Virus record (IMG/VR): IMGVR_UViG_3300035208_002606
Origin: a virus
Taxonomy: Duplodnaviria; Heunggongvirae; Uroviricota; Caudoviricetes
Direction: 5' to 3' (one strand)
Length of the DNA: 64,000 bases
Shown: piece by piece, positions 46,741 to 56,800 of the stretch
Layout of the letters: every line of letters starts with the position of its first letter
How positions within the stretch are numbered: position 1 is the first letter of the stretch
Made by a program: the position numbers and the translations under genes
The notes under the pieces: model-generated
Databases searched by the model: none
What the model saw: only the letters and a program-made list of their open reading frames with translations
Told to the model about the DNA's origin: nothing

Positions 46741-46782
46741 CTTTTATTTCAGAGTGTGATATAATAGAAGTAGGAGTTAAGA

Positions 46783-47094
46783 ATGAATGATAAGAAGCAA
46801 GATGATTTTTTCACACGAGCGAAAGACGAAGCAGGATTCACCAAAGGTCCGTGGATTATAGAAAGGCACGGAAATGGTTGGGCTTTATTTTCCCGTGAAA
46901 ATGAATTTCAACACGGTCTTAATTTGATGTATATTTCCGAACCCGATTGGAATTTCGAAGCCAATAAAAGATTGATAGAAGCGGCTCCGGACCTTTACAA
47001 TGAATTGGAAAAATTGGTTAAAACACTCGACAGTCTTGGTCATTATATTGATACAGGGCCAGCATGGGGAGTATTAAAAAAAGTGAGAAATTAA
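46783..47094 (+). CDS. hypothetical phage protein
   Basis: TKGPW...AN.RLI.AAPDL family pattern. Confidence 0.6.
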   Translation: MNDKKQDDFFTRAKDEAGFTKGPWIIERHGNGWALFSRENEFQHGLNLMYISEPDWNFEANKRLIEAAPDLYNELEKLVKTLDSLGHYIDTGPAWGVLKKVRN

Positions 47095-47096
47095 GA

Positions 47097-48128
47097 ATGA
47101 ATACAGCCTACACCTACAATGATATTCAACTGATTCCACAGTATTCCGAAGTGGAGTCAAGAAGTTCCATCGACCTCTCTACCCAACTCTCAAGAAACTT
47201 TCGATTATCCGTTCCCCTTGTAGCCGCCCCTATGGATACGGTGTGTGAATGGGAGATGGCAGTCGAACTGATGAAGTTTGGAGGCGTGGGGTGCATCCAC
47301 CGCTTCATGACGATTGAGGAACAGGTGGAACAAGTTAAGAAAGTTAAAAAGCACACCCTTTCCAATCCCAATGTCCCTGTTATGGCAGCAGTCGGGGCAA
47401 CAGGAGATTACTTTGAACGGGCGCAAGAACTTGTTAAAAATGGAGCCAATGTTCTTTTGATAGATGTTGCCCACGGACATCACATTCATGTCAAGAAGGC
47501 GATTGATGCGCTAAAGGCTTTCTCAGGAGTTGATATTATTGCAGGGAATATTGCAACGGGCGGCGGCGCAATTGATTTAATTAATTGGGGGGCTGATGCC
47601 TTACGAATTAATGTTGGTAATGGCGCACTTTGCACAACTCGAATTAAAACAGGATTTGGTGTTCCAAGTGTAACTTGTTTATTGAGTGTTATGGACCGTG
47701 TGTGGAGAGATACCGAGGCGGTAAGAATTCCCGTCATTGCAGACGGCGGCGTTCGCAACAGCGGTGATATTGCGAAGGCCTTGGCCTTAGGCGCAAACTC
47801 CGTCATGCTTGGCTCCCTTTTGGCGGCTACGGAAGAAAGCCCCGGAAAAATCGTGGATAAACTCCCTTTGGGATTGTTCAAGAGATATAGGGGTAGCGCA
47901 TCCTTGGAGACGAAACTGACCCACGGACTCAACGGTAGAAATGTTGAAGGAGAGTCAGCAGAAATTCCTTACAAGGGCGGCGCAAAATACATTATCATGG
48001 ACTTACTAGACGGCATTCGTTCCGCTTTGTCCTATGGTGGGGCCAAGAACTTGCAGGAATTTCACCCCAATTTTAATATCGTAACTTATTCAGGAATTCG
48101 TGAGGCGATGCCACATTTGGTGAAGTAG
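47097..48128 (+). CDS. IMPDH/GMP reductase family oxidoreductase lacking CBS domains (probably GMP reductase)
   Basis: APMDTV, DVAHGH, GNGALCTTR, IADGG, MLGS, YRGSAS...NVEG; no RY dyad seen in the flap. Confidence 0.8.
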   Translation: MNTAYTYNDIQLIPQYSEVESRSSIDLSTQLSRNFRLSVPLVAAPMDTVCEWEMAVELMKFGGVGCIHRFMTIEEQVEQVKKVKKHTLSNPNVPVMAAVGATGDYFERAQELVKNGANVLLIDVAHGHHIHVKKAIDALKAFSGVDIIAGNIATGGGAIDLINWGADALRINVGNGALCTTRIKTGFGVPSVTCLLSVMDRVWRDTEAVRIPVIADGGVRNSGDIAKALALGANSVMLGSLLAATEESPGKIVDKLPLGLFKRYRGSASLETKLTHGLNGRNVEGESAEIPYKGGAKYIIMDLLDGIRSALSYGGAKNLQEFHPNFNIVTYSGIREAMPHLVK

Positions 48129-48487
48129 AATGAATAAAGAAGAAAGAGAAAAATGGTTTAAGAATATTTTGTATGATATTGCAGAATCTATGGATTCTGA
48201 CCCCGAAGGAAATCAGCAAAGATGTATGGATATATTAGAAGAGATTTATCAACAGGGTGTAGAAGATGCAACTCCTTATATGGGTTAAATAGAATGAACT
48301 GTAAAAAGTGTGAATATTTTGTTTGGTGTGAAATGGTTGATGGGTGGTCTGTTCTCACTCGTGAAGACTCTTCCAAAAGAGATAAAGACCATTGTTATCA
48401 TTATTTACGAGAACTTGAAAACACAACATTATACAAAGGGGATAGACAAAGAAATCCTTGCCCTCTTTTGAAAAAGGTAAATAAAAA

Positions 48488-49114
48488 ATGACAATAATCC
48501 ACCAAACAGCAGAACTCCTAAGTGAAATTAATCAGACGGCTATTTTAAAGGCCTTGGAATTATACGGACGCAACTGCTATCAATCCGAACACAAAATTAC
48601 CAAGACTTCACACGAAGCCTTCATCAAAATGCTCTTACAACGAAAGCATATGTCGGTCTTGGAGCATATCAATCTCACCTTTCGCCTGATTACTGACAGA
48701 GGGATGTTGGCAGAGTTGACCCGCCATCGGCTTGCAAGTTATTCCGTGGAATCGACACGATATGTCAAGTACGATGATATTGTTGTTGTGTGGCCTTTCT
48801 ATTTTACTAATGGAAAAATTATGGATGAGGTCGATGATGCGGAATGGACGGACGCTGTGCAAAATGCAGAAATGGCCTACAGAATGTTATTAGGGAATCA
48901 TACCCCTCAAATTGCCCGTTGCGTTCTTCCGATGTCCTTGGCGACTGATATTGTAATGACAGCCAACTTGAGAGAATGGCTTCATATTCTAAACCTCAGG
49001 ACTGCCAAGGATGCTCACCCGCAAATGCAGGAACTCATGATGCAAGTCTACAAGATTCTCAACAAGGAGTTGCCGCTTATCTTCAATCAGGAAACAATAC
49101 CGAGTGTGATATAA
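48488..49114 (+). CDS. thyX: flavin-dependent thymidylate synthase
   Basis: HMSVLEH, ELTRHR.ASYSVESTRY, AR.VLP, NLREW, R....AHPQM. Confidence 0.92.
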   Translation: MTIIHQTAELLSEINQTAILKALELYGRNCYQSEHKITKTSHEAFIKMLLQRKHMSVLEHINLTFRLITDRGMLAELTRHRLASYSVESTRYVKYDDIVVVWPFYFTNGKIMDEVDDAEWTDAVQNAEMAYRMLLGNHTPQIARCVLPMSLATDIVMTANLREWLHILNLRTAKDAHPQMQELMMQVYKILNKELPLIFNQETIPSVI

Positions 49115-49129
49115 TATAAGGAGATAAAA

Positions 49130-49369
49130 ATGAAAACAAAAATTAATCCGACAAAAACCCCGTCAGGGGGGACAAGCGTTCTCACAGTCTTGTTCATCAT
49201 CTTTGTCGTTTTGAAACTGACGAAGAACATTACTTGGAGTTGGTGGTGGGTTACTTCCCCAATTTGGATACCCCTTGCGTTGGTAATTGTTATTTTGGGG
49301 ATTGTTGCGTTAGTGGCTGTTATCAGTTCCACCATAGCCTTGCACAAAAATAAGAGGAGAAAGAAATGA
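49130..49369 (+). CDS. small membrane protein
   Basis: FVVLKL...I.WSWWWV..PIW pattern. Confidence 0.6.
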   Translation: MKTKINPTKTPSGGTSVLTVLFIIFVVLKLTKNITWSWWWVTSPIWIPLALVIVILGIVALVAVISSTIALHKNKRRKK

Positions 49370-49701
49370 ATTATAAATTTAAGAAAAGACCCGTTGTCAT
49401 TGAAGCGTTTCAAATGACAAAAGAGCGAAGGCAATCTAATCAGGATTGGCCTGAATGGTTACATCACGCTTGGAATAAGCCGTGGGGAGAAGTTGGTGCT
49501 GTCAAAGGTGAAGATTATCCTCAAAGTAAAGGCGATGATAGGCTAATGATTTATACCCTAGAAGGGAAAATGTCGGTGGAGTGGGACGATTGGATTATTC
49601 AAGGTATACATGGCGAACTCTATCCCTGTAAGCCCGATATTTTTGAAAAGACTTACGATGAATTGGTTGAAAAGGATTACGAAACTATAAAAAGGAGTTA
49701 A
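49366..49701 (+). CDS. conserved phage hypothetical protein
   Basis: KRPVVIEA...TLEG...DWII.G..GELYPCKPDIFEKTY. Confidence 0.7.
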   Translation: MNYKFKKRPVVIEAFQMTKERRQSNQDWPEWLHHAWNKPWGEVGAVKGEDYPQSKGDDRLMIYTLEGKMSVEWDDWIIQGIHGELYPCKPDIFEKTYDELVEKDYETIKRS

Positions 49702-49707
49702 AGAATA

Positions 49708-50529
49708 ATGAAAGAAAAAGAAGCACCTACGAAGGTCAAAGTAACCGAGAAAGATTTTAACTTTCTCAAGAAAGTCCAAGGACTTCGGGACGAGATTCTT
49801 ATCAAGAAGTCCAAAATCAAGGAGAAGGGGGCCAAGGAAGAGAAGGAAGTCATGACCACAACGGTTGTTGACGAGTCCTCAGTTTATATGGTTCAGGCCG
49901 TGCAGTTCAATTCCCTTTTCAAGAAAGAGTCCTTCGGCATGAAGGATATCAAGGCGTTCCTGAAGTCCGTAACGAAGTACGGAGAATTTGAAGAGCAGGA
50001 TTTGTACCTTGTCTTCGGAGACGGCAAAAAGAAAATCTCCTACAAGAAGTTGGATGAAAGCACACTTCAACAGACCTCACTTCCTGTCATAGATACGGCG
50101 GGATATATCTCTGTTCCGTTAGAGGAAGCACATGTCAAGGCGATTCAGGAAGGCCTGAAGAACGAACTGAGCGATTACGCATCCCTTCGCATCACCCCCG
50201 AAAACAAACTCGTTCTTAAAATCGGTGAATTATCCTACGACAACCTTTACGAAGAGGAAATCAGGGATATCACCCGCAAAGACCCGAAGGACAAGAGTGA
50301 AATCAAGTTCCTGACGAAACTGAAGCAGTTGTCCCGTCTGTTTTCCCTGTTGGATTCAGACTCGAAATCTACTTTGTTTTTGAAGGCGGGAAGCCCCCTC
50401 ATCTTTATCGAGAAGAGCGAGACCCTACACACCAAGACTTTTATTGCTCCAGTTGCAGATGACGATTCGGAAGAAGATAAAATTGATGAAATCGTGGATG
50501 ACCCCGATGTGGAATCTGAAGAAGGATAA
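49708..50529 (+). CDS. sliding clamp (T4 gp45-like)
   Basis: size, position before the clamp loader, terminal FIAP strand. Confidence 0.55.
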   Translation: MKEKEAPTKVKVTEKDFNFLKKVQGLRDEILIKKSKIKEKGAKEEKEVMTTTVVDESSVYMVQAVQFNSLFKKESFGMKDIKAFLKSVTKYGEFEEQDLYLVFGDGKKKISYKKLDESTLQQTSLPVIDTAGYISVPLEEAHVKAIQEGLKNELSDYASLRITPENKLVLKIGELSYDNLYEEEIRDITRKDPKDKSEIKFLTKLKQLSRLFSLLDSDSKSTLFLKAGSPLIFIEKSETLHTKTFIAPVADDDSEEDKIDEIVDDPDVESEEG

Positions 50530-50553
50530 AAGAAAAACAATAAATAATAGTAG

Positions 50554-51318
50554 ATGAAAAAAGAGCAAGGGTTTATTTATATAACCACAAATATAACTAA
50601 TGGTAAACAATACGTGGGACAAACAATAAGAAACTTTAAACAAAGGAAAAGAGAACACATTCATCCTGCCGATACCCTGCTTCTTTATCGCGCCTTGAAA
50701 AAACATGGTGAAGAAAATTTCAAGTGGGTTTATTTTGATTGCCCCATTAAAGATTTAGACTGGCAAGAAACATTATTAATAAAAGAGTTAAATACTTTGG
50801 CTCCAAAAGGTTATAACTTAGAAACAGGCGGGAATAAAAATAAACACCCACATGAAACGACAAAACAAAAAATAGGACAAGGGAGGAGTAAGTATTTAAA
50901 AGAACACCCCGAAACAATTAAAGGGGAAAATAATCCATTTTATCAACATAAATGGACAGAAGAAGAACGAGAAAATTTAAGTAAAAAATTAAAGGGTAGA
51001 TTTATAGGTGAAAAAAATCCTAACTATGGAAAAGGAAAATTTGGAAAAGACAACCCTAGATTTGGAAAGGGACACCTACAAACAGGAAAAAATAATCCCA
51101 ATTATGGACATAAATGGACACAAGAACAAAAAGAGGCCCAAAGTAAAAAATTAAAAGGAAAGTTTTCTGGTGAAAATAATCCTATGTTTGGGGTTCATCG
51201 TTTTGGTAAAGAAAATCCTATGTTTGGGAAAAAAAGACCCGACCTAGTTGAACGAAATAAAAAAAGAAAGGAGAATAAATGCGAATTTGGAACGAAGAGT
51301 ACCGCCCAAAAACCCTAA
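50554..51318 (+). CDS. GIY-YIG homing endonuclease with NUMOD3-type repeats
   Basis: GFIYITTNITNGKQYVGQT, PKGYNL..GG, repeated NPxYG/NPMFG. Confidence 0.85.
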   Translation: MKKEQGFIYITTNITNGKQYVGQTIRNFKQRKREHIHPADTLLLYRALKKHGEENFKWVYFDCPIKDLDWQETLLIKELNTLAPKGYNLETGGNKNKHPHETTKQKIGQGRSKYLKEHPETIKGENNPFYQHKWTEEERENLSKKLKGRFIGEKNPNYGKGKFGKDNPRFGKGHLQTGKNNPNYGHKWTQEQKEAQSKKLKGKFSGENNPMFGVHRFGKENPMFGKKRPDLVERNKKRKENKCEFGTKSTAQKP

Positions 51319-52139
51319 AAGGGATGATACTGCCGCCTGAACACCTTCAGGCGTTCAACAACTACCTCAAGGACGGACTGCCGAATGTTATTTTCTACGG
51401 TAGTCCTGGGACGGGAAAAACAACCACCGCCCTTATTCTTATCAAGCACTCAGGGTCAGAGTTCAAGAGAATGAACGGCTCCGACACGAGAGGCATTGAT
51501 GTGGTTCGAGAAGAAATCAAGAATTTCATTCAGACGAAGAGTTTCAACCTGAAGCCCAAAATCGTATTCTACGATGAAGCGGAGGCACTCACCCCTGACG
51601 CTTTCAAGGCCTTGAAGGAAATGACGGAACGATATCAGAAAAGGGTGAGTTTTATCTTTGCGACCAATCACCTTTACAAATTTCCTGAGGCCATTCGTTC
51701 CCGTTGTACCTTGTTCGAGTTCAAAAAGCCTACCAAAGGTGAGACCATTCAGTACTTGAGAAATGTCCTAGAGGCCGAGAAGGTCAGATACTCGCCCGAA
51801 GATTTGGATGCTGTGTACAAATCCTGTGCAGGAGACCTCAGGCGTTCTCTCAACTTCCTGCAACGATACTCAATGTCGGGAAAGTTGGAACTCCCTCAGG
51901 AGACTTACGGAGAAATCCTGAAGTTGATAAAGACGGGAAGCCTGACCGACCTTAAAAGATTCTTTGCGGGAAACAGCGTGGACTTTAACGGGTTGTACCG
52001 CTTCCTGTTCGAAAGGACTGACGAGCCTACGAAGGCGGTGTTGTTGGCGAAGTACGCTTATCAAGATGCGTTGTGTGTCGATAAAGAAATTAACTTTGTC
52101 GGTTTTGTTGCCGAGTACCAAAAGTTAAACACTAAATAA
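51279..52139 (+). CDS. clamp loader AAA+ subunit (T4 gp44 / RFC-like)
   Basis: W.EEYRP, GSPGTGKTT, DEAE, SRC, GDLR. Confidence 0.9.
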   Translation: MRIWNEEYRPKTLKGMILPPEHLQAFNNYLKDGLPNVIFYGSPGTGKTTTALILIKHSGSEFKRMNGSDTRGIDVVREEIKNFIQTKSFNLKPKIVFYDEAEALTPDAFKALKEMTERYQKRVSFIFATNHLYKFPEAIRSRCTLFEFKKPTKGETIQYLRNVLEAEKVRYSPEDLDAVYKSCAGDLRRSLNFLQRYSMSGKLELPQETYGEILKLIKTGSLTDLKRFFAGNSVDFNGLYRFLFERTDEPTKAVLLAKYAYQDALCVDKEINFVGFVAEYQKLNTK

Positions 52140-52143
52140 TAGT

Positions 52144-52488
52144 ATGGCAAAGTTCAAAGTAATTGAAATCTTAGGACGGGAAAAACTCCTACGATATCTA
52201 AAAAGTAAAGAAGTAGAAGGCGGCAAAGAATGCCCCACCTGTCACGGTTGGGGAAAAATTTTTGTAGGACAAGACAAGGATAAAAGGGTGGAATGTCCTG
52301 AGTGTGGTGGAACAGGAAAAATAAAAGTTAAAGAATCCACCACGGCAGGAAGCCTTTCAGCCGCTCCCGCAGGAGCAACCCCGATGCAACGATACGATGC
52401 CAAAGGCCAACCCACTTCGGCAGTAATGCCAAAGGGATTTAAAAAAAAGAAGAAAAAGAAAATCATCAAAAGAGTGTTACCAAAGTAA
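52144..52488 (+). CDS. small protein with a DnaJ-type CxxCxGxG zinc finger
   Basis: CPTCHGWG and CPECGGTG; basic tail; TAAATA 5 nt upstream. Confidence 0.55.
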   Translation: MAKFKVIEILGREKLLRYLKSKEVEGGKECPTCHGWGKIFVGQDKDKRVECPECGGTGKIKVKESTTAGSLSAAPAGATPMQRYDAKGQPTSAVMPKGFKKKKKKKIIKRVLPK

Positions 52489-52514
52489 AATAAAAATAAA
52501 AGAGGTACGAATGA

Positions 52515-52766
52515 ATGGGTATTTACAACATAGTCAACTTCTCGTTGAACTGTCCTGTGTGCGGGAGTTTAATAAAACAGTTTCAGACCAAAGAAGGAAA
52601 TGGGGCTTTTGATATAGTTGCATTCAACGAGGTCAATAATTTTTATGCAATTTGCCCATCCTGTTCCTCTTTGGTAGAATTTTATTATGCCCCCGAAAAC
52701 AAGGAGCGAACAATTGAAGACTACAAAGCCCGTATAATTTCAACCCGTAAAAATGACAGATATTAA
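52515..52766 (+). CDS. small zinc-ribbon protein
   Basis: CPVCG...FQTK...CPSC. Confidence 0.5.
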   Translation: MGIYNIVNFSLNCPVCGSLIKQFQTKEGNGAFDIVAFNEVNNFYAICPSCSSLVEFYYAPENKERTIEDYKARIISTRKNDRY

Positions 52767-53130
52767 TCGCACCCCTTTTGATTTTGTCAAGCAGATTCGG
52801 GCGGGAGTCCCGCTGACTGCGGACGAAATGAAGGAGTTTAATCCGTTTTTAATTACAAAATTATACTATTACGCAGGATATGAAAAAGTTGCGAATTTCT
52901 TCAACATCCTTCATATTCTCCCCAAGGAAATCCAGTACAGGTTGTTCTGTATTTTTTTCAAGGGTGTTTACCCTAAGGGGTGGATTAAATCGACAAAAAT
53001 AAACAAGAAAATTCCTGTTGAAATCGAACACCTGAAGATGATTTATTCCGTTTCCACAAAGGTTGCAACGGAATACGCAGAACTTCTGACAGATGAGGAA
53101 CGCAAGGAAATCAGGAGGAAGTATGATTAA
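52753..53130 (+). CDS. clamp loader small subunit (T4 gp62-like)
   Basis: PFDF, FNPFLI, QY, W.K, Y.VS...A.EY..LL. Confidence 0.7.
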   Translation: MTDINRTPFDFVKQIRAGVPLTADEMKEFNPFLITKLYYYAGYEKVANFFNILHILPKEIQYRLFCIFFKGVYPKGWIKSTKINKKIPVEIEHLKMIYSVSTKVATEYAELLTDEERKEIRRKYD

Positions 53131-53398
53131 CAAAAAATGTTTTCTTACCAATAAAGGCAAACTTTATGTAATATTACATGGGGGATGTAAATATATGAAT
53201 CTTAATCATTTCATGTGTGAGGGCTGTGTTTATTTCACCCAGAAAGCAAAAAAATTAAAATTACAACGATTACAAGAATTAAAAGAAGATATGTCTTTTT
53301 ATCATATAGATTTAGAAAAAGAACTTGTAGCAATTTTATCCCAAGAAATTAAAAACCAACAAAATATGGGATATATAAAAGAGGGAATATATGATTAA
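53123..53398 (+). CDS. Cys-rich small protein carrying a major-capsid-like segment (paralog A)
   Basis: AGGAGG RBS; C.L.NK..L.VILH..C...C..C.YF, then KAKKLK...ELKEDM...HIDLEKELVAILSQEI. Confidence 0.6.
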   Translation: MINKKCFLTNKGKLYVILHGGCKYMNLNHFMCEGCVYFTQKAKKLKLQRLQELKEDMSFYHIDLEKELVAILSQEIKNQQNMGYIKEGIYD

Positions 53399-53645
53399 AG
53401 GCTGTCCTTTAGACAACAAGGAAAGACTCAGAGTCATACTGCATTCGGAGTGCCATCTTGGTCAATTTGATAATGAGGTCTGTAAAAAATGTCCTTATTT
53501 TCAAACATTTCTTCGGGGATATCCAAGTTTAATCGCAAACGAGATTTTTGGAGTTCAGCCGATGAACCCACCAACAGGGATGATTTTTAATTTAAAATTT
53601 AGATACGACCTAGGAGAAAAGAATGAAGACGAAAAAGAAAAATAA
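53391..53645 (+). CDS. Cys-rich small protein carrying a Gol-region major-capsid segment (paralog B)
   Basis: same Cys scaffold, then RGYPSLIANEIFGVQPMNPPTGMIFNLKFRY. Confidence 0.7.
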   Translation: MIKGCPLDNKERLRVILHSECHLGQFDNEVCKKCPYFQTFLRGYPSLIANEIFGVQPMNPPTGMIFNLKFRYDLGEKNEDEKEK

Positions 53646-53859
53646 AGAAGAAGGAATTTTTTACGAAAAGTGTCTGCTTGAGGAAAAGTTAGATGCCAAG
53701 CAATCAGGACTTTTCAAACTTAACGGGATGTGTTTCGTGTTGGAAAAATTTCCTGAACTAAAGGCCACCTGCCCCGACTGTTTCTACTTCAAGGAAATTC
53801 CACCCAAGAGTTATTCTTGCAGGAGATTTTTTTGCACCCTTGAGAAGGTAGAAAAATAA
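53623..53859 (+). CDS. Cys-rich small protein (more distant paralog C)
   Basis: KCLL...C...CPDCFYF. Confidence 0.5.
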   Translation: MKTKKKNKEEGIFYEKCLLEEKLDAKQSGLFKLNGMCFVLEKFPELKATCPDCFYFKEIPPKSYSCRRFFCTLEKVEK

Positions 53860-56800
53860 TGGCAAAGCATATTATTTTCGTGTCGGAAAAAGACCACTTC
53901 GCCAAAAACGATGACTATATCAAGACGAAGTTGTTGAAGAAGTGGAACCCGCAAGTCTACAGCCACCTTTCCGAAGAAGAGGCAACAGGCTTGGATGCCA
54001 ATTTGGTTTTATTGTTCGGAAGTGAAATTCTTTACCGCAAATTTCCCGACAAGGATTTCGGCAAATTTTTCAGAGACCAAGACGGACAAGTCTTCGGCTC
54101 CTTGCAAAATTACAAGGACTTTGACCGACTAGAGAAGAAGGAAACCACAACCAAAATAAAAGAGGCGAGGGAAAAACTTAACAAATTTTTCTCTCGCTTT
54201 GCTTTGGTTCGAGTTACAGACCACTCCTATTTCTACAGGGATATCGATTTTAAGAAGATTAGGGCTAAGAACGCTTTCAAGGCCAACTTCAAATTCGTGG
54301 AAGACCCTGAAGGAGATTATCTTTCCTACGAAGGCAAGAAACTGAAAAAGGTCCCGAAGGAGTACCAAACCTTTTCCCAAACCTACGAAGAGCATCTCAG
54401 GGCGAAGGACTTATTTTATTACGAACAGTATCCCAATATCGCACACACCCGTCTCCTGCACTACTGCACCTTCGACATCGAAACCAATCTTTCGCTCGAT
54501 ACCGCAAAAGCACCTGAACCCATTATTTCCATCGCCGCTCACTCCAATATCTACGACAAGAATTTTGTTTGGATTTTAAAGAAGAAGGAGGGGCAGACTT
54601 ACGACAAGGAGAAATTTAAGAACGAAAAAATCTTTGAATTTTTGAACGAAGTAAAAATGCTTCGCCACTTCTTCGACACGATGGAAAAGTTGCAAGTGGA
54701 TTTGTTGGGCGGGTGGAACTGTATACCCACCTCGCAATCTGTTTGGGGAGAAAATAAAATAACTTCTATTTTAGAAGCCTCTAATAAATTATGTGATTCT
54801 AATATACTTTTTAAATCCCCAATTTCAAAAAAAGAAAAATGGGAAATAGAATTGATAAATGGGTCAAAAATATATACATCTTCTGACCATAGAACTCCTA
54901 TCATAAGAATACCAAAAGAAAAATATACTAACTTAGAAAATAAAATTTGTGAAAATCTAGAAATGACAACAGAAGAAATGCACTCTTCTAAAGATTCTTT
55001 ATTTGTCGAATTAAAATTGAGGACAAATGAAAATTTAGATAATACAAATTATAATTTATCTCAACTTTATTTGGCTGGCCTTGTATATACAGATGGCTCT
55101 ATTAAAAATAAAAAGTATTTTTATAAAGGGTTTGTGGTTTCCCAATCTGATAAATCATTTTTAAAAAAACTGCCATTTTTAACTACTAAAATTTTAGGAC
55201 CGTGGAAAAATAATTATTCTAGAAATGTAAAATCTTCTCTTTTGGGTAATGCCATCCATCTCATTTATAACGATAAAAAAGAGAAAGAACTTAATTTTCA
55301 AGAACTTTCTACACTTTCTTATAAACAATTTATGTCATTTTTGTCAGGATTATTAGATGGTGATGGGTGTAATATAAGAAATAAAGGAATTGGATTATGT
55401 GATTATCATGAAGGGTCTATAGATAAAATCTATGAATTATGTTTATGGAATGGAATTCTTTCGTCAATTTCCAAAAATAGATTTGTATTGCGATTTCTGA
55501 ATTTAAAATTATCTGATTTAAGTTTATTGAAAGAAAAAAGATGGGTAAAATTAAAAACAACAAAAATAGATAGAAACTCCAAAACAAAGGCACATCTAAA
55601 AAAATTTCGCATTATTGGAAATAAATGTTTAATTAGAATTAAAAAAATAAAAAACACAAAAAAAGTGGTGGAAATGGTGGATATTACCACCACAACAAAA
55701 TATTTTTATACTCATGGAATGAAAACCCATAATTGCGACTTCTTCGACATTCCTTACCTTCTGCACCGAAGCAAAAGATTGGGGGTGGACTTCAAGAACT
55801 TCCTTGCCGAAGTCTACGAAAGCATCGGCAAGGACGGCGAAAAATCCTACTTCTGCCACGAAATCATTTTGTGGGATTATCTACGCTATGCCAAGTGGAT
55901 TATCGTGGAGAACAAGCCGATTGCTTGGAGTCTTGACGCAGTTTCCAAGCACCTGTTCAACGAAAAGAAAATCGAACACGAAGGCATCGATGTTCTGTGG
56001 GCCAAGAAGGATTTGAGCGACCTGATAGAATACAACCTGAAGGATGTTTACCTGACGGAAAAGATAGCGCAGATGCAGAAGATTATCGAGTTCCCGATTC
56101 TCTATCAAAAGATTGCCCCGCAGACCTATGAGAATGTTTACTTCAACAGCCGTTTTTTGGAGACGATGATTCATCAACGCTTCAAGCAGTTCAAGTTCCC
56201 GTCCAAGAAAAAACAAAAACTTAGTTCAACTTTCAAAGGGGCATTGGTGTTGGAGACCAAGCCCGGACTGTTCGAGAATGTTTCCGTCTTCGACTTCTCA
56301 GCCCTGTACCCAAGTATTATGATTTCTCTCAACCTTTCCAAGGATACGATTATTGAGGACTTGAAGGATTTCGACCCCAAGACGGATATCAGAATCGGGA
56401 ACGTAATGTTCACGGGAAAACGCAAAGGCGTGGTTCCTCAACTCGCCCAACTGCTCCTAACAGAACGAAACAAGTTGAAGAAGAGGAAAATGGAATTCTC
56501 AGGAGACTCGCAGGAATTTAAAATTCTGAACGACCTGGAAGCCTGTTTCAAGGCAACGAACAACGCCCTCTACGGCGTGTTGGGATTCAGGGGCTTTATT
56601 CTGTACGACCAACGAGTTGCCTCATCCGTCACCCATGTCGCACGAGAGACCCTGCGCTTTGTCAAGCATGCGGCTGAAGAACAGGGCTATCAAATCCTGA
56701 CGGGGGATACGGATAGTATTTTTATCAAAGTGCAGTCGGATAGTTTGGAAGAAACCATTCAGAAGTCCAAGCACCTTCAAGATATTTTCAACAAGGGACT

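Noticed and set aside
53790-53859. A third capsid-protein fragment in paralog C
   Set aside because: The similarity of KSYSCRRFFCTLEKVE to capsid sequences is too weak to support by eye.
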